This document shows positions 36,156-47,070 of a DNA stretch of 64,000 bases, in pieces. The DNA is from an uncultured Acidobacteriota bacterium (GTDB taxonomy: Bacteria; Acidobacteriota; Thermoanaerobaculia; UBA5066; Gp7-AA6): positions 483,266 through 547,265 of the forward strand of contig CAVZNW010000001.1 of the NCBI GenBank assembly GCA_963776755.1. The letters run 5' to 3'. The notes below the pieces were generated by a model. The model was not told the DNA's origin. It made no database searches and saw nothing but the letters and a program-made list of their open reading frames with translations. Every line of letters starts with the position of its first letter. Position 1 is the stretch's first letter. The translations under genes were made by a program, and so were the position numbers.

Positions 36156-37759
36156 GTGCGCCGGATCGCCGCCGCTCTCGCCCTGGCTCTCGCGCTCGTT
36201 CCCGGGATTTCAGCCGGGATCGAGATCACGATCCTCCACACCTCGGATCTCCACGGGCGCGTCGACCCGGTCGACGCCCTCGCCGACAAGGACCTCGGCG
36301 GCGGGCTCGCGCGCGTCGCGACCGTCGTCCGGCAGGTCCGCGCCGAGGGCCATCCCGTGCTCCTGCTCGACTCGGGCGACACGATCCAGGGCTCGCCCGA
36401 GCAGGCGCTCCTCTTTACGGCCAACCCGGGAGCGACGGACCCGATCGTCGAAGCGATGAACCTCGCCGGGTACGACGCCATGGCCGTCGGCAACCACGAC
36501 TTCGATTTCGGGCGCGTGCGGCTGGCCGCCTCGCAGCGGCAGGCCCGCTTCTCGATGCTCTCGGCCAACTCCCTGGGGACGAGCGGCAAGCCGGCCTTCG
36601 CGCCCTTCCTGGTGAAGAACCTCGACGGCGTGCGGGTCGGGATCCTGGGGCTCGTGACGAGCCAGACGGCGAACTGGGTCTCGCCGGACCTGCTCCTCGG
36701 CCTCCGGTTCACCGACCCGGTGGCCGTGGCCCGCCGCTGGGTCCGCGAGCTGCGCGAGACGCAGAAGTGCGATCTCGTCGTCGTCATCGCCCACGTCGCC
36801 TTCGAGAAGGACCCGAAGACGGGGGAGGGTCGCGCGGGCGGCCGCGGCGACCGGGCGTATGCGCTCGCGACCGAGGTGCCCGGCGTCGACTTCGTGCTCG
36901 CCGGCCATGCTCACGCCGTCGTCGAGCCGCGGAAGATCGGCGGCGTCTGGGTGTCGGAGCCGGGCCGCTGGGGCGAGGTCCTGACCCGGTTCGACCTCAC
37001 GGTCGAGAAGACGAGCTCCGGCGCGTGGCGGGTCGAGAAGGTCGAAGGCCGCAACCTGGAGATGAAGAAGGTCGATCCGGATCCCGAGACCGTGAAGGCG
37101 GTGGCCGAGAGCCACGGCGAAGCGATGAAGGCCCTCGGCGCGAAGCTCACCGAGCTTTCGGCGTCGGTCACGACCCGGGGCGCTCGCGACGAGGACTCGG
37201 GCATCGTCGACTGGGTGCATCGCGTCCAGTTGAAGAAGGGCGGGGCGGAGCTCTCCTTCGCCTCCGTCCTCGCGCTCGAGCCGCTGACCTGGCCCGCCGG
37301 GCCGCTCACCCTGCGGCAGGTCTGGCAGTTCTACCCGTACGAAAACAGCCTCGTCACGGTGAAAGCGACGGGGAAGCTCGTCCGCGAGGCGCTCGAGCGG
37401 GCAGCCTCCTGCATGGCCGACGCCGGCGAGCGCGGCCGGGACTGCGACTCGCTCGAGGGCGCCGAGTACGAGATCGACCTCTCGAGGCCGGCGGGAAAGC
37501 GCGTGGTGTCTCTGCGGCGCGAGGGCAAGGACGTCGCCGACGAGGATGTGTTCACCGTGGCTCTCAACTCCTACCGCGCCTCGGGCGGCGGGGGCTACCC
37601 GATGTGGAAACGGGCGGAGCGGGTGCGGGAGAAGGGGAGCCTTCGGGACATGCTCGCCGCCGACGCGCGGGCCGCCCGACGGCTGGACCTGTCGCCGACG
37701 AAGAACTGGAAGGTCGTTCGGGGCGACGCGATCGGAGGCCCGCTGAGCGACACGCGTGA
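36156..37759 (+). CDS. Secreted 5'-nucleotidase / bifunctional metallophosphoesterase; 3' end uncertain
   Basis: [30 protein letters not shown] and [11 protein letters not shown]. Confidence 0.9.
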
Positions 37760-38593
37760 ACGGGCCGACCCGGCTCGACTGGCGCGCCGTCGAAGACGCC
37801 TTTCGCCAGGCCGTCGCCGCCGACTTTCCCGGCTGGATCGCTCCGGACCAGTCGCACCATGCCATGCAGCTCGCCTTCGCGCACAGCCGGCTCGCGGAAG
37901 GGCGGGAGCTCGTGGAGCACCCGTACGTCAACGCGGCCCGGGCGGAGGGGCCGATCCGCTGTCTCGACCTGGGTGCGGGCAACGGCGGCGTGGCCGTGGC
38001 GTTCGCCAACGTGCCGCGGTTTCGCGTCGACACGCTCGATCTCGGCCGCAACTCGACGCTGGAGCGCGTGCGGAGGCAGACCGGGCTGCCGATCGGACGT
38101 ACGTTCGGCGACGTCAGTGCGCTGCCCTACGCCGACGAGACCTTCGACGTGGTGTTGTTGATCGACGTGGTCGAGCACGTGCGCGACCGGCGCCGGATGG
38201 GCGCGGAGGCCATGCGCGTGCTCAAGCCGGGGGGAGTGTGCTTCATCACGACGCCAGCTCGGCTGCGGTACTTCTGGCGGCCGGACCCGCACTACGGCGT
38301 CCGCGGCCTCGTCATTCTCCCCAACGCCCTGCAACGCTTCATCGTCGATCGCGTCCTGAGGCGGCGCGTCTCGAGCCAGAGCGGGTTTCCGCGCGCCCGC
38401 CTACGACGTCGAGCACACGTTCTGGCACGTTGGCGAGCTCGCGCGGCTGTTTCCGGGCCGCAAGTCCGTCGAAGCGCTGTACCACTTTCCCCTGGCCGGG
38501 GGGCCGCCCCTGAGCTGGGAGTGGTGGCGGCGGCGGTTGAGCGGGTTCGTCTTCCATCATGTCGTAATCTGGAAGGGTGCGAGGCCGGGTTGA
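37756..38593 (+). CDS. Class I SAM-dependent methyltransferase (indel near 38390)
   Basis: LDLGAGNG, LPYADETFDVV, EHV and RVLKPGG. Confidence 0.85.
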
Positions 38594-38689
38594 ATCGGCC
38601 GAGGCGCATGCAGTGTGGTCTTTCGGGGCGTCCTCCAGCTGCCCCCGCGTCGCTCTACCGCAACAATGGGATCGAGTAATGCGAGGCTT

Positions 38690-38775
38690 TCGCGGCGATA
38701 CAGGAATCCTCAACCAATTCGAGAAGGCCGGAGACGTGTCAGATTGACCGGACCAGTTTCTTGGGGGGCAGGTCA
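38690..38775 (+). mobile_element. Probable IS3-family right-end remnant
   Basis: Ends in ...ACCAGTTTCTTGGGGGGCAGGTCA (reverse TGACCTGCCCCCCAAGAAACTGGTCC, resembling an IS3-family IR); preceded by a degenerate YRNP/NQFE transposase-like tail. Confidence 0.45.
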
Positions 38776-38820
38776 GTCTCGTTGGCAAATCCCGCATCGC
38801 GGGCGCGGCCCTCGTTACGA

Positions 38821-39774
38821 TCATTTCTCAGGAGTCGGCATATCGGCAAGGTCCTTCATCGAGTGGCCGACCATTCGACTCTGAGGATGCTTCAGAAAAA
38901 TACCGCTGTCGTCATCTAGGACAATCTCGGCGCTGTCTGGGGAGATCCGGAACAACGACGGCTCAATGGCTACGTTAATCTGCAAGTCGGTGATCTTCCA
39001 AGACCCCCGACTGTCAACTCTGCCGTCGTCGTCGACCGATTGCGTCTCGATAGCCATGGGTATCATCCCCACGGGGCTACCGAAATCCCGAAAATCCTTA
39101 GCCGTTACTTGGACAAGAACTTTCCCGCTCTGATCCTTGCGCTGGACCATTATTGGCACAACCGAGGTTCCCATTCGATCGAGCGACACTTGATATGACC
39201 AGGGGTCGTCCGCCGCCTGCGGTCTCAGAAACACCTGACTTGGGCTTCCAGTCGATACACGAGCCGCGTCCCACTGGCTAGACTGAACTAGGTCTGGTAG
39301 TCGAATATCGCACAGCGGGCATTCAACGCTATTCGGTGTGAGGAACAGAAGAGGCAAGAACAGTGGGTTCGGTCCGGCAACGAGGGTTTGTCTTATAGGC
39401 CGCGTTGTGAACACTAGGAGTGCGCTCGCCTCGTCCAGTCTCTGAACAGCGTCGCCATCGAATGCAGCCTGTCTGTTTCCCAGAAGGCCCTGCACACCGT
39501 TCGACCGATAGTTCAAGCGAAACTTCGAACCATCGGCCCAATACGACATTGCGAACGTGGCCGTTGAGGGCGAGTCGGCTCCTTGAAGAGCTACAAGGGC
39601 GCGCCCTTCCGCCTTCATGTACACAGAGCGGATGTTCGAATACCGATCATGGACTGGCTTCAGTGCCGAGGCACCGTCTTGGGCCTTTGCGGGTACTGGT
39701 TCGACTATAGGGCAGAAGAACGCTAATACCCCACCAAGGACAATGAAGGCACCTCGGAGGCGGAATGCAAGCAT
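38821..39774 (-). CDS. Secreted hypothetical protein, possibly LolA-like fold
   Basis: Signal peptide, GAGGT RBS, beta-rich YWADGSKFRL..AAFDG and C-terminal LQINVAIEPSLF; lower GC. Confidence 0.6.
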   Translation of the reverse strand: MLAFRLRGAFIVLGGVLAFFCPIVEPVPAKAQDGASALKPVHDRYSNIRSVYMKAEGRALVALQGADSPSTATFAMSYWADGSKFRLNYRSNGVQGLLGNRQAAFDGDAVQRLDEASALLVFTTRPIRQTLVAGPNPLFLPLLFLTPNSVECPLCDIRLPDLVQSSQWDAARVSTGSPSQVFLRPQAADDPWSYQVSLDRMGTSVVPIMVQRKDQSGKVLVQVTAKDFRDFGSPVGMIPMAIETQSVDDDGRVDSRGSWKITDLQINVAIEPSLFRISPDSAEIVLDDDSGIFLKHPQSRMVGHSMKDLADMPTPEK

Positions 39775-39805
39775 TTCTTTACCTCACTTTCATCAACTTA
39801 GCTCA

Positions 39806-40174
39806 CTAGCAACCGTCACCGAAGTTGTCGCACTCAAATCCGGACGCTTGGGAAAACCCGGACGCGCAAGGATAAAGGCCTCCGCACAACTTGACGCCGC
39901 ATTTAGTGATGCTTGGGCAGTCACCGCACTGAGCATTCCCGTATGTCACGGGAAATAAAGCCAGGTAGGGGTCTCGAACACATTTTGGGTCCGTCGAGCA
40001 AATGAGAGTATGGATGGGGCATCCTTGAGTCCCGATGTTTGGCGAGCTAGGCACTGAGACAAACGCAACAGTCGCAGGTGATCCGGAGGCGGAGTCAGTC
40101 GCCGACGAGGCGGCTGGGAAGAGAGCGAAGGCAGCGGCGAGACTTGTATACAGGATGATTGGCGCTTTGTTCAC
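39806..40174 (-). CDS. Secreted cysteine-rich miniprotein (10 Cys)
   Basis: AAGGAG RBS before GTG 40174; signal peptide, Ser/Pro spacer, and 10 Cys in the last ~71 aa. Confidence 0.7.
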   Translation of the reverse strand: MNKAPIILYTSLAAAFALFPAASSATDSASGSPATVAFVSVPSSPNIGTQGCPIHTLICSTDPKCVRDPYLALFPVTYGNAQCGDCPSITKCGVKLCGGLYPCASGFSQASGFECDNFGDGC

Positions 40175-40271
40175 GTGAAACTCCTTTTCGTAAGCCAACT
40201 GTTCGGTGGGTACTGCGCTCCTCAACAAGTTCTCGAAGACGTTGGCCGCCGGTTAGTCACTGCATTAACGG

Positions 40272-40832
40272 TTATGGAAGGCGGGAGTCGACCGAGCTCC
40301 TCTTCTGTAACTCGGCGAGCGCCGCGAGCACTTCCTCGCTGTGTCCCACTACTCTTACACGTGCAAAGCTTCTGGCGAATCGCCCAGCGGGATCGATTAT
40401 GAATGTCGTACGAAGTGTGATCTGCATGCCGTCGTGCTCTCCGACGGCCCCATATTGCGTCGTCACCTTTCTATCCGGATCGGAAAGCAACGTAAAGGTA
40501 AGGCATTCTCTCTCACGGAAGGCTTTGTGTCCGTGAGGCTCGTCAACGCTGACACCAATTACAACAGCGTCGGCCTGATCGTATTTGGCAATGTCTCGCT
40601 GAAAGGACACCGCCTCGAGCCTGCAGAGGCTTGTACAGCCGTCGCGAGGGTAGAAGAATAGTACGACCCAACCACCCCGCAAATCCGTGAGACGAATTTG
40701 CAGGTCTTCGCTGTCCATAAGCGAAAAGTCTGGCGCTACTGCACCGATGAGCGGGGTACTCAGCGGCGGCGAGGCTAAGGTGACGACCGCCGTAAGCAGT
40801 GGCAGTAGGAAGAGCACCAACGACTTGTACAA
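40272..40832 (-). CDS. Exported peroxiredoxin (Bcp/PrxQ-like), atypical active site
   Basis: APDFSL, LFFYPRDGCTSLCRLEA, VIGVSVD, LLSDPD and RTTFIID; hydrophobic N-terminus. Confidence 0.8.
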   Translation of the reverse strand: MYKSLVLFLLPLLTAVVTLASPPLSTPLIGAVAPDFSLMDSEDLQIRLTDLRGGWVVLFFYPRDGCTSLCRLEAVSFQRDIAKYDQADAVVIGVSVDEPHGHKAFRERECLTFTLLSDPDRKVTTQYGAVGEHDGMQITLRTTFIIDPAGRFARSFARVRVVGHSEEVLAALAELQKRSSVDSRLP

Positions 40833-40948
40833 GAAGCCACGCGATCCAAACGGGAATGGGCAATCGAGTGGGGATGGACGGTAAGGGGGAGGGAAGCCCT
40901 TGGCCTTTGGGCCAACTGGTCGGCTGACGAGCAGTCTGGGTATGACAC

Positions 40949-41158
40949 CTACCTACTCAAGCGCAGATCATACGTCGGGGACAAGGAGTTCGCAAGAAGC
41001 CGCGCCAACAGCCCGTTGAGCGGTTCCTTCTTCGCGGGAAAGCTCGCGCTCAACAGCGTCTCGCCTCCCGAACGGGCCGTCACGTGCCAGGACGTCTTCG
41101 AGATATCCAACCCGAGAAACACTTCCGACCCTCCCGCCAATCTCACTCCTTCTCGCAT
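40949..41158 (-). pseudogene. Truncated IS110-family transposase
   Basis: FLGLDISKTSWHV N-terminal DEDD motif; GAGGAGGCGAGCCATG start context; similarity ends after about 55 codons. Confidence 0.7.
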
Positions 41159-41365
41159 GGCTCGCCTCCTCACCCTCAGAGTGCCACGCGAGCCCTCCAC
41201 CTCCTGCTTCGGCTCACCCACGCCCCGAAACTAGCGGTTGTATTCCTGTATCCGGCTGCGAAGTACAGGATTACACGATTGACCCCGGCGTGGGCCCGGA
41301 CGCGCGCGCCACGCCGAAGCTCACGCTCGCGCCGACGAAGAACTGGTCGGTAAAGCCCTGACGAG

Positions 41366-42963
41366 CTAGGAGCGCCCGCGCAGGTCCTTGGCGACCTCGC
41401 GGCTGGCGTTCAAGCCCGGGGCGCCGCTGACGCCGCCGCCGGGGTGCGTGCCCGAGCCGCAGAGGTAGAGGCCCTTGACCGGCGTCCGGTACTGCGCCCA
41501 GTCGAGCAGCGGGCGCATCGTGAAGAGCTGGTCGATGGCGGCGTCGCCGTGGAAGACGTGACCGCCGGTCAGGCCGAACGTGGCCTCGAGGTCCGGCGGG
41601 CGTGAGGACCTGCCGCGAGGTCACGAGCCCCTTGAGGTTCGGGGCGTAGGCGGCGACGGCGTCGACGACGGAGTCGCCGAGGGCGTCGCGCTTCGCCTTC
41701 CAGTCGCCCGACTTCAGCTTGTATGGCGCGAACTGGGCGACGATCGACATGACGTGCTTGCCGGCCGGGGCGAGCGAGGGGTCGGTCAGCGTCGGGATGG
41801 TGACGTCGCAATAGGGGTGCGGCGAGAAGTCGCCGTACTTGGCGGCGTCGTAGGCGCGCTCGAGGTAGTCGATCTCCGGGCCGATGTGGATGCGTCCGGC
41901 GAGCGCGTTCTGGCCGCCCGAGGCCTCGGCGGAGGGGAACTCCGGCAGGCCCGACAGCGCCAGGTTCACCTTCGCGATCGCGCCTTTCGACCGGTAGTTC
42001 TGCATCTTCCAGATGAAGTCGGGGTCGAGCTCGACCGGGTCGACCAGCGTCAGCAGCGTGCGCTTGGGGTCGGCGTTCGAGACGACGGCGCGCGCCAGGA
42101 CTTCCTCGCCGGTCGAGAGGACGACGCCGCTCGCGCGGCCGTCCTTCGTCGCGACGCGGGCGACGGTCGCTCCGGTGCGGACCTCCGCGCCGAATCCGCG
42201 GGCCGCGGCGGCGAGGGCCTGCGTGAGCGCGCCCATGCCGCCCCTCACGAAGGTCGCAGGGCCTGCCGCGTTGGAGTCGCTCGCGGCCTGGAGGACGACG
42301 CCGAGGGCCGTGCCGGCCGACCACGGGCCGGCGAAGGCGCCGTAGATGCCGCGGGCGGCGACGACGGCGCGCAGGAGCTCGGTCTCGAAGAACTCGGAGA
42401 CGAGGTCCGCGACGGCCATCGGGCCCCACCGCAGCAGACGGAAGGCGTCGCGGCGGGGCAGGGCCCGGAACTTGCGGCCGACGCCCAGGAGCTCCCACAT
42501 CTCGCCCATCGACGGGTCGTCGATCGAGGGCGGCGTCATCGTCAGGAGGGGCTCGAGGACCTTGCCGATCCGGCCGAGGCTCTCGTGGAACGCGAGGTAG
42601 CCCTTCGCGTCGTGCGGCGAGATCTTCTCGATCGAGCGGGCGGCGGCCTGGGGATCGGCGGCGAGCGCGATCGATCGCCCGTCGAGGCCGGGCGCGAAGA
42701 CGCGCGTCTCGGTCTGGATGAAGGAAAGCCCGTGACGGGCCAGATCCAGGTCCCGCGCGATCGACGGCAGGAACGGGCCCGGCGGCGTGGAGCAGCGTCG
42801 AGACCTTGAACCCCGGAGCGAACTCCTCGGTCACGGCGACGCCGCCGAGGACGGGCCGCTGCTCGAGGACCACGACCTTCAGCCCCGCCTTCGCGAGGCA
42901 CGCGGCGGCGGTCAGGCCGTTCGGCCCGCCGCCGATGACGACGACGTCCTTCGTTTCCGCCAT
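41366..42963 (-). CDS. FAD-dependent oxidoreductase, phytoene dehydrogenase-like (COG1233-type); indels
   Basis: IGGGPNGLTAA, GGMGALTQAL and LYLCGSGTHPGGGV. Confidence 0.88.
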
Positions 42964-42967
42964 CGCC

Positions 42968-44558
42968 CTAGACCTTCCCCCGCTTCCAGTCCTCGAGGAG
43001 CTTGCCCGCGGCGTTCTTCCCGTTGGCGCCCATGATGCCGCCGCCCGGGTGCGTCGCCGAGCCGCACATGTAGAGGTTCCGGATCGGCGTGCGGTACTGG
43101 GCCCAGCCCGGCGCCGGCCGCAGGAAGAAGAGCTGCTCGAGCGTGAGCTCGCCCTGGAAGATGTTGCCCTCGGAGAGGCCCCACTCCCGCTCGAGGTCGA
43201 GCGGCGTGACGACCTGCCGGTGCTTGATGATGTTGCGGATGTTCGGCGCGTGCTCGGCGATCGTGTCGACGACCGTGTCGCCGAAGGCCTCGCGCTCCTT
43301 GTCCCAGTCGCCCTTCAGGTTGTACGGGGCGTACTGCACGAAGCAGGACAGCACGTGCTTGCCCGGCGGGGCGAGGGAGGGATCGGTCAGCGTCGGGATG
43401 ACCATGTCGATGTACGGGCGCCTCGAGAAGCGGCCGTACTTGGCGTCGTCGTAGGCCCGCTCCATGTACTCGACCGAAGGCGAGATCGAGATGGCGCCGC
43501 GCAGGTGCGCGCCCGGCGCCCGGCAGGGCCTTGAAGTCCGGCAGCCCGTCGAGGGCGAAGTTGACCTTGCCCGAGGATCCGCGGAACTTGTAGCGCTTGA
43601 TGTCCTCGACGAAGTCGCCCGGGAGCTCCTTCTCGCCGATCATCTTCATGAAGGTCAGCCGCGGGTCGACACTCGAGGACACGACGCGCGCGTCGATCTC
43701 CTCGCCGGACTCGAGCACGACGCCCGTGGCCTTTCCGCCGGAGACCTTGATCTTCGCGATCGGGGCCTGGAGGCGGATCTCCACACCCGCCTCGCGCGCC
43801 GCGTCGCCGCAGGCGTTGGAGATCGCGCCGGTCCCGCCGCGGGCGAAGCCCCAGGCCCGGAAGGCGCCGTCGATGTCGCCCATGTAGTGGTGGAGGAGGA
43901 CGTAGGCCGTGCCCGGCGAACGCACGCCGAGGAACGTGCCGATGATCCCGGAGGCCGACATCGTGGCCTTGAGCACGTCGGTCTCGAACCACTGGTCGAG
44001 GAAGTCGACGGCCGACATCGTCATCAGCTGGACCTGGTTGTACTTGTCCTGGCCCGAGAGGCTGCGGAAGCGCTTGCCGAGGAACATCAGGTCCTGCAGG
44101 CCCTTCAGCGTCAGCTTCGTGGGATCGGGCGGCGTCATCGCCAGGATCGGCTTGACGAACCGGCCCATGTCGGCCATCGCCTTGCCGTACTCGTCGTAGG
44201 CCTCGGCGTCGAGCTTGGAGTGGCGGGCGATCTCGCGGCGGGTCTTGGCGTGGTCGTTGACGCGCCAGAGATGGTCGCCGTTCAGCATCGGCGTGAACGT
44301 CCCGTCGAGCGGGAGGATCTCGAGCCCGTGGCGCGGCAGATCGAGGTCCCGGATGATCTCCGGGCGCAGGAGCGACACGACGTACGAGCAGACCGAGAAC
44401 TTGAAGCCGGGGAAGACCTCCTCGGTCACCGCGGCGCCGCCGAGCAGGTGGCGGCGCTCGAGCACGAGCACCTTCTTGCCCGCCTTCGCCAGGTAGGCCG
44501 CGTGGATCAGGCCGTTGTGCCCGCCCCCGATGACGACGACGTCGTACTTCGAGCTCAT
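42968..44558 (-). CDS. Second phytoene dehydrogenase-like oxidoreductase (paralog; one indel)
   Basis: IGGGHNGL, GGTGAIS, GNIFQGEL and LYMCGSATHPGGGI. Confidence 0.9.
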
Positions 44559-44708
44559 CGTGCTGTGCGCGCCTCGATTGTGACCCCGGGTTTCGCTGCC
44601 GCGGCTTGCCGCGAGCGCGCGAGCATACTTATAATCTCGCGCTCCGACAAGCTCCCTTGTGACCGCGCGTTCAAGGCGGGAGCCCGGGGGCGGATTCGAG
44701 GTAACGAA

Positions 44709-45910
44709 GTGCCGATCGGGACCGCCGTACACGAGAGAACGTTTCCGCTCTGCGAGAGCCTGAACTACCGCGAGTGGTCGGGCTACTACGCGGTCTCGGC
44801 CTACGAGGCGCACCACGAGCACGAGTACAACGCGATCCGCAACGCCGCGGCGCTGATCGACATCTCGCCGCTCTTCAAGTACCGCCTGTCCGGCAAGGAC
44901 GCCACGCGCCTGGTCGACCGGATCGTTACGCGCGATCTGCGCAAGGTCGCCGCCGGGCTCGGTGATCTACACGCCCTGGTGCGACGAGCACGGCAAGGTC
45001 ATCGACGACGGCACGGTGTCGCGGCTCTCGGAGAACGTGTACCGCTGGACGGCGGCCGACCCGAGCCTGCGCTGGTTCAAGCAGAACGCGATGGGCCTCC
45101 AGGTCGAGATCGAGGACATCTCCGATCACGTCGCGGCGCTCGCGCTGCAGGGGCCGACCTCCGGCGCGGATGCTGAAGGCGATCGCCGAGGCCGACATCG
45201 AGAACCTCAAGTACTTCAAGGTCACCTCCGGCAAGATCGCGGGCGTGCCCGTCGACATCTCGCGGACCGGCTACACGGGCGACCTCGGCTACGAGATCTG
45301 GATTCCGTGGAAGGACGCCGTGAAGGTCTGGGACGCGCTGATGTCGAAGGGCAAGGCGTTCGACGTCCACGCGGCGGGCATGCTCGCCCTGGACGTCTCG
45401 CGCGTCGAGGCGGGGCTGCTGCTGATCGACGTCGACTTCTCGGGCTCGAAGAAGGCCTACATCGACATCCAGCGCTACACGCCGCTCGAGATGGGCCTCG
45501 GCCGCCTCGTCGCGCTCGAGAAGGGCCGCTTCGTCGGCCAGGAGGCCCTGCGCGAGGAGGCGAAGAAGGGGCCGGCGCGCGAGATCGTGGGCCTCGAGAT
45601 CGACTGGAACACCATCGAGGCGATCTACGACCGGCTCTCGCTCGCGCCGCAGATCCCGGCGGCGGCCTCGCGCGTCGCCGTGCCCGTGTATCGCGACGGC
45701 GAGTGGGTCGGCAAGGCCACGTCGACGACCTGGTCGCCGACGTTGAAGAAGATGATCGCGCTCGCGACCGTCGCGCGCGGCTCGACCGCGGTCGGCACGC
45801 GCCTCGAGATGGAGTACACGGTCGAGGCCGTGCGCGGCCGGGTCGCGGCGACCGTCGTCAAGACGCCGTTCTTCAACCCTCCCCGAAAGACCGCCACGCC
45901 GGTCCGCTGA
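44709..45910 (+). CDS. GcvT-like aminomethyltransferase family protein (indels)
   Basis: DISPLFKY, IDDGTV, LALQGP, SRTGYTGDLGYEIW and RVEAGL. Confidence 0.9.
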
Positions 45911-45944
45911 CGCCGGGGGCCGGCCGGGGCGAACGGAGGAACGC

Positions 45945-47070
45945 ATGGAAAGCTCGGTCCGCGAAATCCTCGACTCCTACGACGCGCAGGCCCCGCTCGA
46001 CGAGGCCTGGACCATCCCGGCGCCGTGGTACGTCGACGACCGCGTCGCGGAGCTCGAGCGGCGCACCGTCTTCTCGAAGCACCTGGCAGATGGTCGGCCG
46101 GCTCGACCAGCTCCGGGAGCCGGGCCAGTACGTCACCGCGATGCTCGCGGGCGAGCCGATCGTCGTGGTTCGGGGCGAGCGACGGGCGGCTGCGCGGATT
46201 CTTCAACGTCTGCCGCCACCACGCCGCCGCGGTCATGACCGAGGACGCGGGCAAGGCGCCGATCCTCCGGTGCCCGTACCACGGCTGGACCTACTCGCTC
46301 TCGGGCGAGCTCAAGGGGACGCCGGACTTCGCCGGCGTCTGCAACTTCGACAAGGGCGTCAACGGCCTCGCGCCGGTCGAGACGGCGGTCTGGGAGAAGT
46401 TCGTCTTCGTGCGCCTCGAGCCCGGCGGACCCTCGCTCGAGGCGTCGCTCGGGCCGCTCGTCGGCCAGTTCGCGAAGCTCGACCTGCCGCGCTTCCAGTT
46501 CGTCGAGCGGCGGCGCTGGACCTTCGAGTGCAACTGGAAGGTCTTCGTCGACAACTACCTCGACGGCGGCTACCACGTGCCGCACCTCCACAAGGGCCTG
46601 TCGTCGCGTCCTCGACTACAGCCAGTACATGATCGAGACCGGCGACCGCTGGTGCCTCCAGTGGAGCCCCATCGACCACTCGAATGCCGAGGGCGACGTG
46701 GCCGCGGTGCGCGGGCGGCGAGAAGGCCCTCTACTACTGGATCTACCCGAACTTCATGGTCAACTGGTACGAGGGCGTCATGGACACCAACCTCGTGCGC
46801 CCGCTCGGGGCCAATCGCTCCGAGGTCATCTTCGACTTCTACTTCACCGACGTCGCCACTCCCGAGGCGCTCGCGCGGTGCAAGGCCTCGATCGACGTCG
46901 GCAACCGCGTGCAGGACGAGGACCTCGCGATCTGCGACTCCGTCCAGAGGGGCCTGACCTCCCGCGCCTACCGGGCGGGGCGCCTCTCGGTGCGGCGCGA
47001 GGGGGGCGAGCACGTCTTCCACCGCACCCTGGCGTCGGACCTCAAGGCCGGACTGAACGGGAGCCGGTAG
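45945..47070 (+). CDS. Rieske non-heme iron oxygenase alpha subunit (choline monooxygenase-like; indels)
   Basis: NVCRHH...CPYHGW and NWKVFVDNYLDGGYHVPHLH. Confidence 0.9.

Noticed and set aside
36156-38513. Apparent fusion of the 5'-nucleotidase with the downstream methyltransferase
   Set aside because: The read-through frame is not the methyltransferase frame for most of its length; a missing stop due to an indel is more likely.
41366-44558. Carotenoid biosynthesis (crtI) cluster
   Set aside because: No crtB/crtE/crtY nearby; the context points to amine or C1 catabolism.
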